63,862 nt of DNA, taken from assembly GCA_034780895.1 (NCBI GenBank), contig JAUZTB010000069.1:5978830-6042691 (forward strand), written 5' to 3'. Positions 1 to 14,049 of this stretch are shown here, piece after piece (the first letter of the stretch is position 1; every line of letters begins with the position of its first letter). The notes beneath the pieces were generated by a model, which made no database searches, was not told the origin of the DNA, and was given only the letters and a program-made list of their open reading frames with translations. The DNA is from Rhynchobatus australiae (Eukaryota). The translations under genes were made by a program, and so were the position numbers.

Positions 1-1206
1 AACTATCAAAACTAAAGGCCAATCAGAAATCAGTCCCAAATATGTAGATATTTCACTTTCTACAGCTTTGATAAGAATCTGACCAGAAAATCTAGAGATC
101 AGCAACACTTTCGATCCTAGTTTAAAAATATAATTAACTTCAAAATCCTGCTGTTTTGCTTCCAATTGCAATGGATTTTTACAAGCATGATCACATCAGA
201 ACAGGTTTGGGTTTTTTTTCATGGGTTAAGGTAGGGGTGTGTTGGGTGGGTGTGGAGTGAGAAAGGACGAGAATAGAACTATTGATGCCTTGAAGAGCTC
301 AAGAGAACATTTTCATATTTACAGCAGCTTTGATTCACCTTCCTCACACTGTTAAGGTCAGCAATTCCAGCAAGTCTTCAACTCCAAAGTAATTTTGAGA
401 TCAAAACAGAAATATAATGTCAAGATNNNNNNNNNNNNNNNNNNNNNNNNNNNNNNNNNNNNNNNNNNNNNNNNNNNNNNNNNNNNNNNNNNNNNNNNNN
501 NNNNNNNNNNNNNNNNNNNNNNNNNNNNNNNNNNNNNNNNNNNNNNNNNNNNNNNNNNNNNNNNNNNNNNNNNNNNNNNNNNNNNNNNNNNNNNNNNNNN
601 NNNNNNNNNNNNNNNNNNNNNNNNNNNNNNNNNNNNNNNNNNNNNNNNNNNNNNNNNNNNNNNNNNNNNNNNNNNNNNNNNNNNNNNNNNNNNNNNNNNN
701 NNNNNNNNNNNNNNNNNNNNNGCAAAATCCCAACTGCTTCTGCTCAAAATGCAAAGAATATCTTTGGCATCTCATACATTTTTCTGAGAAATCATACATT
801 CCCTTGTCATCTTTTTCCAACTAAATGTGGAATGCTGGTTGTTCAAAGTTGATTTATTCAGATACCAGGTTGCAATTGTGACTGCCACTCCTAATGGTCA
901 ACATCAGTAAAAGAGAGGTTGAAATAGAGGAGATAAAGAATGCAGACTCAGCTTCCACTGAAATTTTCTTCCAAATATTCCCGTTGTAAAGAATGCTCTT
1001 CCACCAATCACAGCATCCTCAAGCATTTGTTTTATATCATTGACACCAAAATCTGCCAACCCAATGTCCCATTTAGCAGATTTTTATGCAAACATCACAA
1101 CTTTTTTTATACTTTAAACCATTTCAAACATGCACATTTCTAATCAGTATTTTGCTTATACATATATTTTGTAGATGTTTGTCAAAAGTTAAAAAGTCAA
1201 ACTTAC

Positions 1207-1314
1207 TGTACTCTCTGACCAGACAGAATTCCAAAGTGCTCTGACTCTCTAAGGTACGATCTAAATCTACAGCTACGTTAGGTTCATTTTGCTTCTCAAG
1301 CCGATATTGATGTC
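1207..1314 (-). CDS. MAPKAP1: MAPKAP1 coding exon, 108 nt (approx. human exon 8), RBD C-part: (G)[35 protein letters not shown](S)
   Basis: Acceptor ctttttttctttccag|GACAT and donor TACA|gtaagt. Matches recalled human [37 protein letters not shown]. Confidence 0.96.
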
Positions 1315-4149
1315 CTGGAAAGAAAAAAAGGCCAGCAAATAATGTGAATGAGAAACTTTCATCTTAATTGCATAGAAACTGTAGTTAAACACTTCAGTTA
1401 GTGTTTATATCCGTTCACTTCCCCCATAGCAAAAAAAATGCCATGAACTGATTAACACATCAACCATTGTTTCAATAAAACTAGGGTCATTTGTATTATA
1501 TAGTCAAGGCTCAAAAAAGTAAATGGTTTTGGGCACAAAAGTTTAAATAATACATTAATATTCGTGGCATTTCTCCTATATTGCACAGCCATTTAAAGCA
1601 GCCCAATGGCAACAAACTAATTTAAATTGGTTTGGAAAATCTTATTTTCTTGGCCAGAGTTCTCTCTTTCAAAGCAAAAGCAGATTCAGAAAACAAGAAA
1701 TTAGGTCATGGCTTTAATCAAAAATATTTGCTTCCTTCCTCACAATTTTCACAATTCATTTGGGAAGAATTTTATTGTTATTTACTTGCTGAAATATTAT
1801 GAGATCTACGAAGACAAATGAAATTTAACAATTGTGTTTTATTTCCCTCACATAATTGCATGCTTTCTCTTGCATCAGTTTTCCCCCTCTTCTGAAGCTG
1901 TTGAGCTCTTGCTGCACTCCAGTTGCCCTCCTGTATCTTGTCCAAATGGCTGCAATATGAATATGAGCACTGGAATGGGAGTCGACTGTTGGATCACAGT
2001 GGGTGTTCAGCTAGAGTCTCCAGCATGCCTCTACAGTGGGAGGTTCCTGCATAGTCACCAACGGCGTGAGCACTGTTGGATCTTCCCCTTCCCAAGCAAA
2101 AAACACGTTCTGCTCATATCACTGGTTACCCCAGTAACTTGCAGTGAGCCTAACAAGCTCAACTGTTCAATATCTGAAACAGCTCAGTCCTATGGCATTG
2201 TTTGAAAATTAAATAGCATACAAATTCAAGTTACAATCTGATATAATCACAATGTTTGTGCAATAAGATAGAGCATCTAGTTTTACTGGGCCAGTAAAGC
2301 ATTTCAGTGCCTCCGTGAAAGCACTTACCCTGTTGCAGCCCTGCACTCACGTCAAGCGGCAGGGATACACCAGAGTGCTCTCTGTACATCCTTGCCAGCT
2401 AACCTTGAGTGTCATTCAGTTTTATGTAAACTGACAGTAATCATCATTTACAAAACAATGAAACTTTAATTCATTAAAAAGCTTCAAAAGTAAGGGGTCT
2501 AAGGGGGAGGATGACAGTTGATAATAACACAATCTTTTCCTCTTGGAATCTGAATCCTTGTCTTTCCCCAAAGAAAGTGTCCTGCACTTGCCACTACAAC
2601 AGCAACATTTATTCACCTGCCTCAACATTGTTCTAATGGACACCAGCCCCAGTGGCACAAATATGAGCAGTTTTACTCCAGAGCCAAAAAAAGTTGTGAG
2701 GAAGAGATCAAGGAGGTCATCTCTCTGCAGCAAAATCTGAAGTGCATTGTTGTGTTAATGTGAGGGAAGCTTTATGCTGCAGCTAAGCTGTGTCTGTTTG
2801 ATATTGATAATGGTGTTAGAACTGGAAATTAGTTTCAATCCCCAGCATGTTAACATGAGCATAATTATCAGAAACAGAATGTTTATGAGAAGATTTTTTA
2901 AAAATGGCAATATTCTTTATCACATGCACTGTGCTGTGTGACACTTAACTCAATGCTTAAAGCAAATTTCAGCAATCTTCATGTTGACAGTTTTAGAGCT
3001 ATATATAATTAAAATAATTTTCTAAAGATCCATTTAATTTGTAAAGTTATACTTTTTTTTAATTCCAAAAGCCTTTAAAAAAATCATTTGAGTGCAGAAA
3101 CTAAAGCAATTTCTGAATAACACATTGTAACCACCCGCATGAGTTACAAATGAACATGAACCCATCCTTCAAATGAGCCTTTCTCTGAAGTCAAAAGGTA
3201 TTTTGGAATGACTCGGCAACACAAACCACTTCTATTTGGTGTAGACTTTAATTTCTTTATAATTTAAGCATTAAATCTTAAAATATTATTTACTCTGAAA
3301 TCACGTATGTTTAATTAATACAATTCAGTAAATTGCCCAAATAATACCAACTCTGCCCCATTTATATAGTGTGAAAATGCTGCACTAATCTTTGATGGCT
3401 ACAGTAACACAAGCTGTCTTTGTAAATCAATATAAATTCTGGTATGTTTCAACTATGAAACATTCCACACAATCAAAACTTTTCTGCACAGAAATAATTC
3501 AATACTTGGACATTGATGTACATTTGATTTCCACTCCATATGCAAAGTCATTACAGATCTCCCCACTTAAATGAAACTTGCCCGTTAACATATTGGCCAG
3601 AAGTGAACACAGATAAATGTAGAGGGCATGTCCTAGTACAAGTAGGGTGAACTGACACCCATGCAGGCGATGGGGGCGGGCAGGTTCTTGGGAAGGGCAC
3701 AGGCTCCAGTTTGTGTGAGGTAGACAAGTACACGCTCTTGCACATGAAGAGCTGTCATGCACTGCAATACATGCAGGGGACTGCACAGTGGTGGTGCACC
3801 CTCCACTACGTGCCAGATTTGTCCAATGTGCCCACTTTATACAGACTGTGACATGGCCACTCTGGACTTACTAGTAGTCCAGGATCTTCCAAGATTGATG
3901 TCCTCCAGTAAGTCTGGAGTGGTCGCATGTAGAATGGGCACATGGGCAAATCCGTGACAAACGTACTACAGTGCAGGTTAGATGGTACATATTGGCTGGA
4001 CCTACACACTAGGCTGGGATGCAGTCCAGTAATGGGGAATGGTTTCTCTTTTCTGCATGAGATTATATCCTAACTGCAACTCCCTTTGGGTCAGGAAACA
4101 GCAGGAATTTAATCCATGCCATCCCAGCACTTCCACTGGGGGAAGCCAT

Positions 4150-4622
4150 GCTGGTGCAGCGGAGATTTGCAAGGATATTGCCAGAACTCAAGGGATTGAG
4201 TTATGGAGAGAGGTTGAGCAGGCTGGAACATTTTTCATTGGAGCATAGGAGAATGAGGGGTGATCTTGGAGTATAAAATCATGAGGGGCATAGACAGGGT
4301 CAATGTGCACATTTTTCCCCAGTGTTGGGGAATCAAGAACTAGATGGCATAGGTTTAAGATGAAAGGGGAGAGATTTAATAGGAACCCAAAGGGCAAATT
4401 TTTCACCCAGAGGGTGGTCAGTATATGGAATGAGCTGCCAGAGGAAGTGGTTGAGGCAGGTACTTCAACAACAGTTAAAAGGTACTTGGACAGATACATG
4501 GATAGAAAGGCTTAGAGGGATATGGGCTAAACACGGGCAAATGGAACTGGCTGAGACGGGGAATCTTGATTGGTATGGACCAGTTGGGCTGAAGGGCCTG
4601 ATTCTGTGCTGTACGACTCTAT
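4150..4622 (+). mobile_element. 5'-truncated CR1 LINE (ORF2 C-terminus plus 3' UTR)
   Basis: Frame-broken peptide FFTQRVVSIWNELPEEVVEAG...RYLDRYM, typical of the CR1 ORF2 end; 3' tail gggcctgattctgtgctgtacgactctatg. Confidence 0.9.
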
Positions 4623-4899
4623 GTATTATCTCCTAACATGAGAATTACTGAATCATATACTGCCATCTTTCCCCACTTACTCTCCAGCAGGAGAGCCACT
4701 CATTTGTATGATGTCATCCTTTCACAATCTGGTCTAAATGCAACTCCAGATCCACAATCAGCTGACTTCTAATTTCCCCCTGAAATGGCTCAGCAATCCA
4801 CATTATAGCAAGACACCATATTAAAACAGAAAAAAAAGGGTAAAACCTGATGTCATCTGGACACAGCAAAGTTGCACCCAGCCCAGTCAACCTTTCAAA

Positions 4900-5520
4900 C
4901 TCCACCTCCTAAACAGCTGAGGACTAGCATCTGATTAGGAGAGCTGTCCCACAAATTAGTCAACCAACAGCCTGACATAATTATACTCAGATTCAGGAAG
5001 CTTAGAACTGGGCATCCACAAGATGCTGTGGATGTTTGGCAGCATAAATATACATGATCATTACATTATAATCCATAACCTCATGGTTTGGCATATCCCT
5101 TTCTCTATCCTGGTTACATCCTAACAAGGCATCCCGCCAAAGGGGCAAGTCTTGTGGTACATGTGGCAAGAAGTGGTCCTGGAAGTCCTCACTTCAGTTC
5201 CAATGGGGATAGTCATCATAACATCTCATGGCATTATGTGCAACACAATCCCCACCTCATTATCACGCCCCCCACTCAGTGCTACTCCTCCATGCTACAC
5301 TTGGGAAAAGCACTGCAAATAGAAAGGGAACAGAATGTACTGTAAATTGGGGATTTCGATGTCCATCACTGAGAGTGGATTGGTAACAGCACTACTGACC
5401 AAGGTGACCAAGCCCTGTAGGATATAGCTGCCAAGTTGTGTCCACAGTAAGTAGTAAGTGAGCCAACATGAGGGATAATCTTACTTGACCTAGTCCGCAC
5501 CATTCTATTGGTAGTAGATA
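4900..5520 (+). mobile_element. Degenerate LINE AP-endonuclease remnant (CR1/L2 group)
   Basis: ggggatttcgatgtccatcac reads GDFDVHH (GDFN motif) at ~5349, followed by a PT.G...LDLV-like motif at ~5464-5495; many stops. Confidence 0.55.
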
Positions 5521-5534
5521 GCATTGGTAGAATG

Positions 5535-5841
5535 CACAATGCTACAACGCACAGGATCGCAAGAGGCTGCAGAGGGTTGTAGATTCAGACAGCTCCGTCA
5601 CTTGCACAACCCTCCACCCACCCACCTCCCCTCCATCGAGGATATCTTCAAGACGTGGTGCCTCACGATGGTGGCATCCATCACTAAGGACCCTCACCAT
5701 CCGGGACATGCCCTCTTCACGTTACAGAGGAGGTACAGGAACCTGAAGACCCACACTCAACGTTTCAGGAACAGCTTCTTCCCCTCCGCCATCAGATTTC
5801 TGAATGGTCCATGAACCCATGAACACTACCTCGTTATTCTT
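5535..5841 (+). mobile_element. Rex1/Babar LINE 3' fragment (runs into a gap)
   Basis: ORF 5524..5814 contains ITKDPHHPGHALFTL..RRYRNLKTHTQRFRNSFFPSAIRFLN, the typical Rex1/Babar C-terminus. Confidence 0.85.
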
Positions 5842-7394
5842 NNNNNNNNNNNNNNNNNNNNNNNNNNNNNNNNNNNNNNNNNNNNNNNNNNNNNNNNNNN
5901 NNNNNNNNNNNNNNNNNNNNNNNNNNNNNNNNNNNNNNNNNTCCTTCAATGCCAGTAACATATTCAACATTTCCATTATTTTACTGTGGGATAAGATCTT
6001 GTGTTTGCACTGGTTTTTGAAACAAAGGAGCCTTGCCTTTTGTTTGAATGCACAGTTCAGACAAGTCCAGTGTGGTGAAAAGACAGAGGTTACTTTCTTA
6101 ACAAACCTGACTAAATTGGAAAAAAATACTGAAAACGTTTTGGAAACACAACCCATCAATTCTAATTTTTAAACTTTCACTTTCAGTCAACAACAGAAAA
6201 AGGTCCCTTCGAACTTTTATCTTCACTACAAAGTGTTCTTATCTCATGGTGGTGTCAGGAGCTTTATCTCTCTTTCAAGTGACAACACAGACAATTCAGT
6301 TAAAATTGGAAAAGAATCCCACTTCAGTTGAGTAAATAAATAATCAATACTCATCTAAATGCAAATGAGAAACTAGCCCCCTCTGATAACAGGGTGCTTA
6401 TCAAAGATCCAATTTTCTCCAGACAGTTGGATGCAACCAAATCACCATCATCCAGTCACAAACTAATGGATAAAAATCGTAACTAAACTGAGCAGATCAC
6501 TAGAGATCAACTAAGTTGCAGGTTTCGGCCACTTCACATTTAACTAACTTCGCTATCACTCACTTCCTTGTTTGGATCATTCCAATCAACTATGGTCTCC
6601 TTTTGAATGTGGTTAACAATTATTAGTTCAGATCATTAAATCCACAGCAGCAAATGATGAAAGCTGCTGGCTGAAATGAAGTAAATAAAATCTGTTTACA
6701 GCATCCTTTACGACAGAGAGAATGGCACAAAGATTTTGTCCAATTTTCATGAACCAGGACTCTAATGTTAAATCAAATAATCTAATTGCTTTTCTGTCAC
6801 TGTGGCTAAAATAACGTGTTTCTACATACCTTTAGTATGGTTGATAAACATTCTGTACCACAAAAAAATGCACCATGGATTGCCACTCAATTGGTTAAGA
6901 ACAGATCATAAAGCATTTCAGTGACAATGATGGGGCAGCAGAGAAAAGGCTTTAAAGATGCTTGAGAGTCTCACTGAGGAAATACAAATATCAACTTGTG
7001 CAAAATTTTGGGCTGCACCCAAAAGCAGCCAGAGTCTGGTTGATGAGACAGGCACTAGGATCACTCCCCGACAACTGGGAGATAACAACATCTGAAGAAT
7101 AATCTCCCTGTTGTTTCTGAAACATTATGTTAACATTAAGCTCGGGTAAAGTTCACTTTGCACCAATCTAGTTCTTAAGATTTTTCACCATGCCATCCTA
7201 AGCTTATAACAAGGCCAAGGAATATCTGCAAATTATGGAAGGGACTCATAGCTGGAGAAAAAGAATTAAAGCAGTTGTAAACTTTTGTTTGGGCTGTTTG
7301 GTACATTAATACAGGAACCAATTGATCATAAACCAGTCTGTGATTCAGTAAAGTGAACACTACTGCACCTCAAAGAAATCCTGGTCTATTATTT

Positions 7395-8447
7395 ACCTGG
7401 ATGAGGAAGTGGAGGAATGGGTTAGTAAGTCTGCTGATGACACAAAGGTTGGAGGTGTTGTGGAGAGCTTGGAGGGCTGTCAGAGGTTACAGTGGGACAT
7501 AGATAGGATGCAAAACTGGGCTGAGAAGTGGCAGATGCAGTTCAACCCAGAAGTGTGAAGTGGTTCATTTTGGTAGGTCAAATATGATGGCAGAGTATAA
7601 TATTAATGGTAGGTCTCTTGGCAGTGTGGAGGATCAGAGGGATCTTGGAGTCCGAGTCCATAGGATGCTAAAAGCGGCTGCACAGGTTGACTCTGTGGTT
7701 AAGAAGACATATAGTGTATTGTCCTTCATCAATCGGGGAATTGAATTTAGGAGCCGAGAGATATTGTTGCAGCTATATTGGACTCTGGTCAGACCCCACT
7801 TGGAGTTCTGTGCTCAGTTCTGGTCGCCTCACTACAGGAAGGATGTGGAAGCCATAGAAAGGGTGCAGAGGAGATTTACAAGGANNNNNNNNNNNNNNNN
7901 NNNNNNNNNNNNNNNNNNNNNNNNNNNNNNNNNNNNNNNNNNNNNNNNNNNNNNNNNNNNNNNNNNNNNNNNNNNNNNNNNNNNCATGGAATTGAATTTA
8001 GGAGCTGAGAGGTAATGTTGCAGCTATATAGGACCCTGGTCAGACCCCTCTTGGAGCACTGTGCTCAGTTCTGGTCACCTCACCACAGGAAGGATGTGGA
8101 AGCCATAGAAAGTGTGCAGAGGAGACTTACAAGGACATTACCTGGACATTATGAAAACAGGTTGAGTGAACTTGGCTTTTTCTCCTTGGAGTGACGGAGG
8201 ATGAAAGGTCACCTTATAGAGATGTTTAACATGATAAGAGGCACTGATTGTGTAGCTAGTCAGAGGCTTTTTCCCCCGAGGCTGAAATGGTTGCCACAAG
8301 AGGACAGGTTTAAGATGCTGGGCAGCAGGTACAGAAGGGATGTCAGGGCTAAGTTTTTTTTTACTTTCTAAGGTAGAGACATGTTTGACACAACTTCGTG
8401 GGCTGAAGGGCCTGTATTGTGCTGTAGGTTTTCTATGTTTCTATAAT
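7395..8447 (+). mobile_element. CR1 LINE RT/3' fragments on both sides of a 100-N gap
   Basis: SKSADDTKVGG (FADD motif), LVRPHLEFCAQFWSPHYRKDVEAIERVQRRFTR; 3' tail gggcctgtattgtgctgtaggttttctatgtttcta. Confidence 0.92.
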
Positions 8448-10889
8448 TGAAACCAATTCACCACATTTTAAGTCTCAATGACCTGGATAATTGAAAAACT
8501 ATACTGAACTCCAGTGTAAGCTGGAAGTGCATCTAACTGGGAACTCTGGCCATGAACAAAGCAACATGCAGATCATTTAACGCTTTGATCTTGCATTGCA
8601 AATACATTTGCATCGACTAACAAGTTAGGAATTCATGACATGCAGTTTTCAGCTCCAAAATTAAGTATTTATGAAAGAGAATATCCTGTAAATATTTCAG
8701 TCTTGTCAGAGCAAAGAAATCTAAAGAAACAGTTAAGGCAATTCAAGTCAGAGTCCAAAACTTGCATCAAGGTATCTACAACTGGGAGAAGTATTTTTGC
8801 AAGGCAGAGATACAAATAAAAAGGGGAATAAACCATTTCATCTGACTCCAAGAAATACACTGTACTCGATTTGATCAAAAATATGGGCAGTTTGGGCACT
8901 TTTTATTCTGAAGGAAAATCTGAACTTACTTTCAAGCTTTCAGTACCCCACTTTCTTCCTGCTGCTCTTTCTGAATTCAGTTCAACGTGATGGAAACAAA
9001 ATGCAGAGTGACAGGATTTCCAGTTGTGTCAGGGGTTTCTGACACCTGCTCCAGTGCAGTAAAACAACTCCACTTTAAACCAATTCCAGCTAACAGTCTA
9101 CTGACAGCTGAAGTGATCTAGGCTGAAAACCTAACTCTCAGTAAATCTAATATAATGAATATTTTTAACATACATTATATTGCCTTGGGAAAGATACATT
9201 TCACGCTGTAAATGCTTCTACTTGCCGTGTTAATATCCATGGAAAAAGAATTGGTTTTCACTGCCAAATCAAATACACTCATGATAGTCTGTTGCTGCTT
9301 TCCAATCTATTTCAGGTACGTGTCATATATCACTGTTCTAACCGTACCCAAGTTTGAGACTATCTTGTGTATATAAAAACCAAGAGCTTCTTGTAATGAT
9401 TTGTTTAAGATAAAATGATCAGAATGAAGATATTTGTAACCACAGGGTTTTTTTTAGAATAAGTAGATTACTAAGCGGTATTGATGGTTTACATAATGCA
9501 CAGGAGAGTCGTTTTTAAATGGAACATCCATCTGGGCTTTTGCACAATCGCACATTAGGGAAGGAATACCAACCTTCAGAAAACCAAGTAACCCACTTTT
9601 TTCCCCTTTCCAGTGGACCATCACAGTTAGATGCAGCTTATATTGTTGGCCATGGCTAGAAAGACTAGAAAAAAATCTGACAGCAAAATACAACAGATGA
9701 GGGTAAAATATTACTTTTGAGATTTTATTTGGGGAGTTGTGGAGAAAGGCACGGATCCAACAGCCTTACCAAAGCTGAACAGAGCTGCAGAGTAAAGAGG
9801 TTAAAATGCCCTTCGCACTAATCCCCCAACAAATCAGAAAAAGCAGTTGCTGACAATTTATTTCTCTAATGAAGTGTGACTTAATAAAGAAAGGAAAAGC
9901 CTCCCTACACAGTGTATGTTATGTTCATATTTAACCAGCCCTTGAGCCAGTTTTTGCTTCCATATGTAGCTGAGAATCAGCCTTTCTGGCAGAGACACTT
10001 GGATCTACATCAATTCAGTAACTTAAATGTACATAAATGTCTTCAGTTTAACTTGTGTGCGAGAGTGAAAAAGGTCAGAAAAGAGGAGGCAATTGGCCAA
10101 GATTAGAAATTACTCAAGAAAAGCTGCTAGTGTTTGAAATGTCATCTTTTGTTACAATAATCTTTGGGGACAACAAGATGGCCTATGGCAAAAGGTTTAG
10201 TGGATCAATTCAAGCTGGGGTGGGAGGGGAAGACAGACAACAGCTGGTGCAACAATCTATTTGTTCTGGAAGAATTTATTGTCTGTTTTAACTCATGAAA
10301 TACAACTACAGTTAATAGAATTCTCCTGAATGGAAGGCGACAACCTCCACACAACCCTTTCTGCAAGTGCTTCAAATGCATCCAATACCATTGAAGTCTT
10401 CCTTCCAAAAGTGCAAGATGCTCAACAAAAACCTAATTCTTAAAAGCACAAATTAGAAAATCTCTCCCCACAACAACCACTGTCTACCCTTACCAAAAAA
10501 TTTCTCATTATTCACTTGAAGATTTTGGCATGCTCACTGCCAATGTCAGAAGAACTTGTGCCAAGCATCACATTCACAGTGAATAGTGGGCATGGTGCTT
10601 CCAAAGTACAAGCGAATGCAGGGGACAAAATGGGAAAACCAAGATGAGGACAAAATTTAGCACTTTCACACAAAGTACGAACCCTTGATCCAAATACACT
10701 GATTGCAAACAAAGGAAAAATAATCAAAGTAACTGGAACAAAAGACCAACAGTTAACAGCAAGGGAACAAATAAGAAAACTGAAGTAAAGGCTGAGGAAA
10801 GAAGGTGCATCACTTAAGAGACACAAGACTTAAGAAAAGCAAAAAAGACAATCAGGGTAAAACACGGAGTAAAACAAGCATCCAATAGG

Positions 10890-11300
10890 GGTGCAATGGG
10901 TGACGCAGCAGTTACTGCTGCCCTCTTGCAGCTCCACACACCCAGGTCTGATTCTAACCCCATGCTGTTTGAGTGGAGTTTGCACCCTCCCTGGATGTTT
11001 TTTTGTTGGATGCTGTGGTTAAAGACATGCATGGCTTAATGGCGAGTTGCTCTTTAGTTACGTGGTGAAAGATAGGGAGTTGATGGACATGTGAAAGAGA
11101 ATACTGATAGGATTGGAGACTCAAGAGACTGAAGATACTGGAATCCAGAGCAAAAAACAAACTACTGGAGGAACTCAGCAGAAAGATAAAAGGGTCTTGA
11201 CCTAAAACTTCGATTATCCATTCCTCTGCCTGACCCACTGAGTTCCACTGATAGGATTGCTCTGTTAAGATGTTGACATGGGCCCAATGGGTTAATTAGC
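10890..11300 (+). mobile_element. Degenerate tRNA-derived SINE (V-SINE/HE1-like), interrupted by a Penelope-like hairpin element
   Basis: Box-A-like gtgacgcagcagtt, core gagtggagtttgcac and aaagacatgcatgg; the sequence resumes after the insertion with gacatgggcccaatgg. Family assigned from memory. Confidence 0.5.
11116..11246. mobile_element. Short Penelope-like-element-derived palindromic insertion with 13-bp TSD
   Basis: ACTGATAGGATTG is directly repeated at 11103-11115 and 11247-11259; internal ggaactcagc/ctgagttcc inverted arms; same family as 30209-30402. Confidence 0.75.
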
Positions 11301-14049
11301 ATCCTCCAGTGTAAGTTAAAGATGGTGATGGGCTGTACCACAACAATACTGCATTTTAAGATGAAATCCTGTATTGTTGAGCCACAGTTCTACTATTTAC
11401 TATTTAAATATCAGTGAATATATATGTGAAATTATATAAGCGTTTCACCAGATTAATTTCTTCCCCACTTCCCCTCTACAACTAAACAAGACAATTTTGT
11501 CTGTGTAGGTCAGTGATTTGATAAATTCCTTTTTAAAAGAAATGATACCATGACCAATAAAACAAAATAATTACCGATTCACTTACATATTCTTACAACA
11601 CCGGTCATCTCTCTCAGAATATATATATTTTTGTCAAAAATAATGAACCTGCACATTCATAACCAATTTGCTTAAAACTTCCTGCAGTCGGTTTTGTTTG
11701 CCTTCAGTATTTAATTGTCTTTCAGTTCCTTGGTTCTGGTTTAAAGAATATAAATACATAGAGTAACGTTAATACTAACTCCACTAAGAAATTAATCTAG
11801 CAGTGTTATCTTTCATTTTGTGATGAGAACTTGCCCTTCCAGCTACAAATATTGATATAAAGGGATAAAACTTAACACAAATATGGCCTATTAATTCATT
11901 ATATCTACAGGCACAAAGAACAGCAGAAAACCAAATGGTCATGTACCAGCACATCTACACAACTGGATCTCAACGATTCTAGTCTAAGCACTGACCCATG
12001 ACTGGCTCTGCAATGCCAAGAGTGATCCAATGCAAGTTACTCCAACTATTGCCACAAAACGAAATTTTCATTTTTTTTGCTTACTCTTTATCTCATGAAG
12101 GTACAAATTCCTTCCAAGGCCAAGATTTCATTTAAGTGGAATAATCTTGTGTTTGCAAGCAACCAGTGAGCTTTGACAGCGAAGATCTACAGGCTGGTGG
12201 GATCAGTCTAAACCTACTCTCGCATGTAACTTCTAATCTCTTTTTTAAAGTTCTTTTTCCACACTTTTTCTCTACTTCCAATTAATCACAGAGATTACAA
12301 TATATCCTCAAGCTGTAACTCCAAGTACCGACACTGGTAAATATTTCCTACAATTCTGGTAGATTTCATCACAAATCTAAACCAAGTTGTTAAAGTGTTG
12401 CAAATGAAGTGTTAGATGATGGTTTATGATGTACCATGGAAAGCGAGGAGGATTAAAGAGAAATTTGTTTATATTTACCCAATAGGTTGAAAGCAATACT
12501 CTTCAAATTAAAGAATTCTTCCAACACCAAAAAATCTCCTTCTCTGAATTAATGACATACAGAAGATAGAATCTTTTATGTTTATCTAAAGCAGATGTTT
12601 TAAGTTACAACTGATGATATAAAAGGATCATTCATGTTGGGAGTGAAGACAGTTGATTATTAGTCTGTTCATAACTATGGAAAATGCAGATCATGTCTCT
12701 GAAAAAAGCTGGCTTCCATTCAAGACTGTCTGTATTCATAATGTAACAATTCTTCATAAATCCATGGACTGTCTGACATTTAAAATAAACTCTTAGCACA
12801 CTTATTAGAATACAAGATGCCATTTAATCCAGTCATAAAAGCTCAATGCAAATATATCCAAAACTGGGCAAGAATCCAATAGAAAACTGCACAAACAGGG
12901 TAGAACATTCAACTCCAGTGCCAAACATTTGGAAAGAACCATTAGCAGATCCGTGGAAGCCGCGTTGTTAGTTTTTAAAGGCAGAAATTGATTCATTCTT
13001 GATAAGGGAGCGCAAGGTTACTTGGAAGGGAGGGTGATAGGAATGCAGATTTGATGTTACAGCCAGGTCACTGACGATCTTATTGAATGGGCCAGTAGAT
13101 TCAAGGTCTGAGTGGCTTACTGTAATTTGTATGCTTCTATTATTTTCCTTACCAGGACTTTAGTGCAGAAATAAAACAGACTGGTTGAATAATGGGNNNN
13201 NNNNNNNNNNNNNNNNNNNNNNNNNNNNNNNNNNNNNNNNNNNNNNNNNNNNNNNNNNNNNNNNNNNNNNNNNNNNNNNNNNNNNNNNNNNNNNNNNNNN
13301 NNNNNNNNNNNNNNNNNNNNNNNNNNNNNNNNNNNNNNNNNNNNNNNNNNNNNNNNNNNNNNNNNNNNNNNNNNNNNNNNNNNNNNNNNNNNNNNNNNNN
13401 NNNNNNNNNNNNNNNNNNNNNNNNNNNNNNNNNNNNNNNNNNNNNNNNNNNNNNNNNNNNNNNNNNNNNNNNNNNNNNNNNNNNNNNNNNNNNNNNNNNN
13501 NNNNNNNNNNNNNNNNNNNNNNNNNNNNNNNNNNNNNNNNNNNNNNNNNNNNNNNNNNNNNNNNNNNNNNNNNNNNNNNNNNNNNNNNNNNNNNNNNNNN
13601 NNNNNNNNNNNNNNNNNNNNNNNNNNNNNNNNNNNNNNNNNNNNNNNNNNNNAGATGAGCAGATACAATTTAAAAATTTGCTCTTGATCTTCAGCATCAA
13701 GACCTGATCAATACAAGGAAAACATGTATTCTGACCAACACACTTATTCTAGTAATGAATATTTTAATTAGCTAGGTCAACAACTCCTAAGCTTTCACAG
13801 TAACCACTAAGATTCCTTGAGAATCTGAAAAACACTTGAACTGGAGTGTGTATTTTAATCTGATGAGTTGAGCTCAGGAAGCCAAATCCTACCATTCACC
13901 AAGAATGCATTCCTATGCAACACCACTACCTCCTCCCAGAGTCAGCCAAATCACTGCAGAAACCCTCAGCCATACTTTTACCTTGAGACTTACCTTCTGT
14001 AACAGCAGCTTCATCAACCTGTGTAATATTTGTTCCCAGCATTGTAAAT

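Noticed and set aside
358-824. Long ORFs spanning N runs (also 13117-13707, 20670-20919, 22041-22723, 32224-32419)
   Set aside because: They are open only because Ns contain no stop codons.
3620-4030. GC-richer stretch with several short overlapping ORFs
   Set aside because: No recognisable protein motif or splice pattern; probably a decayed repeat that I cannot classify.
7735-8135. Apparent tandem duplication of the CR1 segment across the gap
   Set aside because: The copies differ at many positions and abut a 100-N placeholder gap; this cannot be distinguished from mis-joined paralogous copies.
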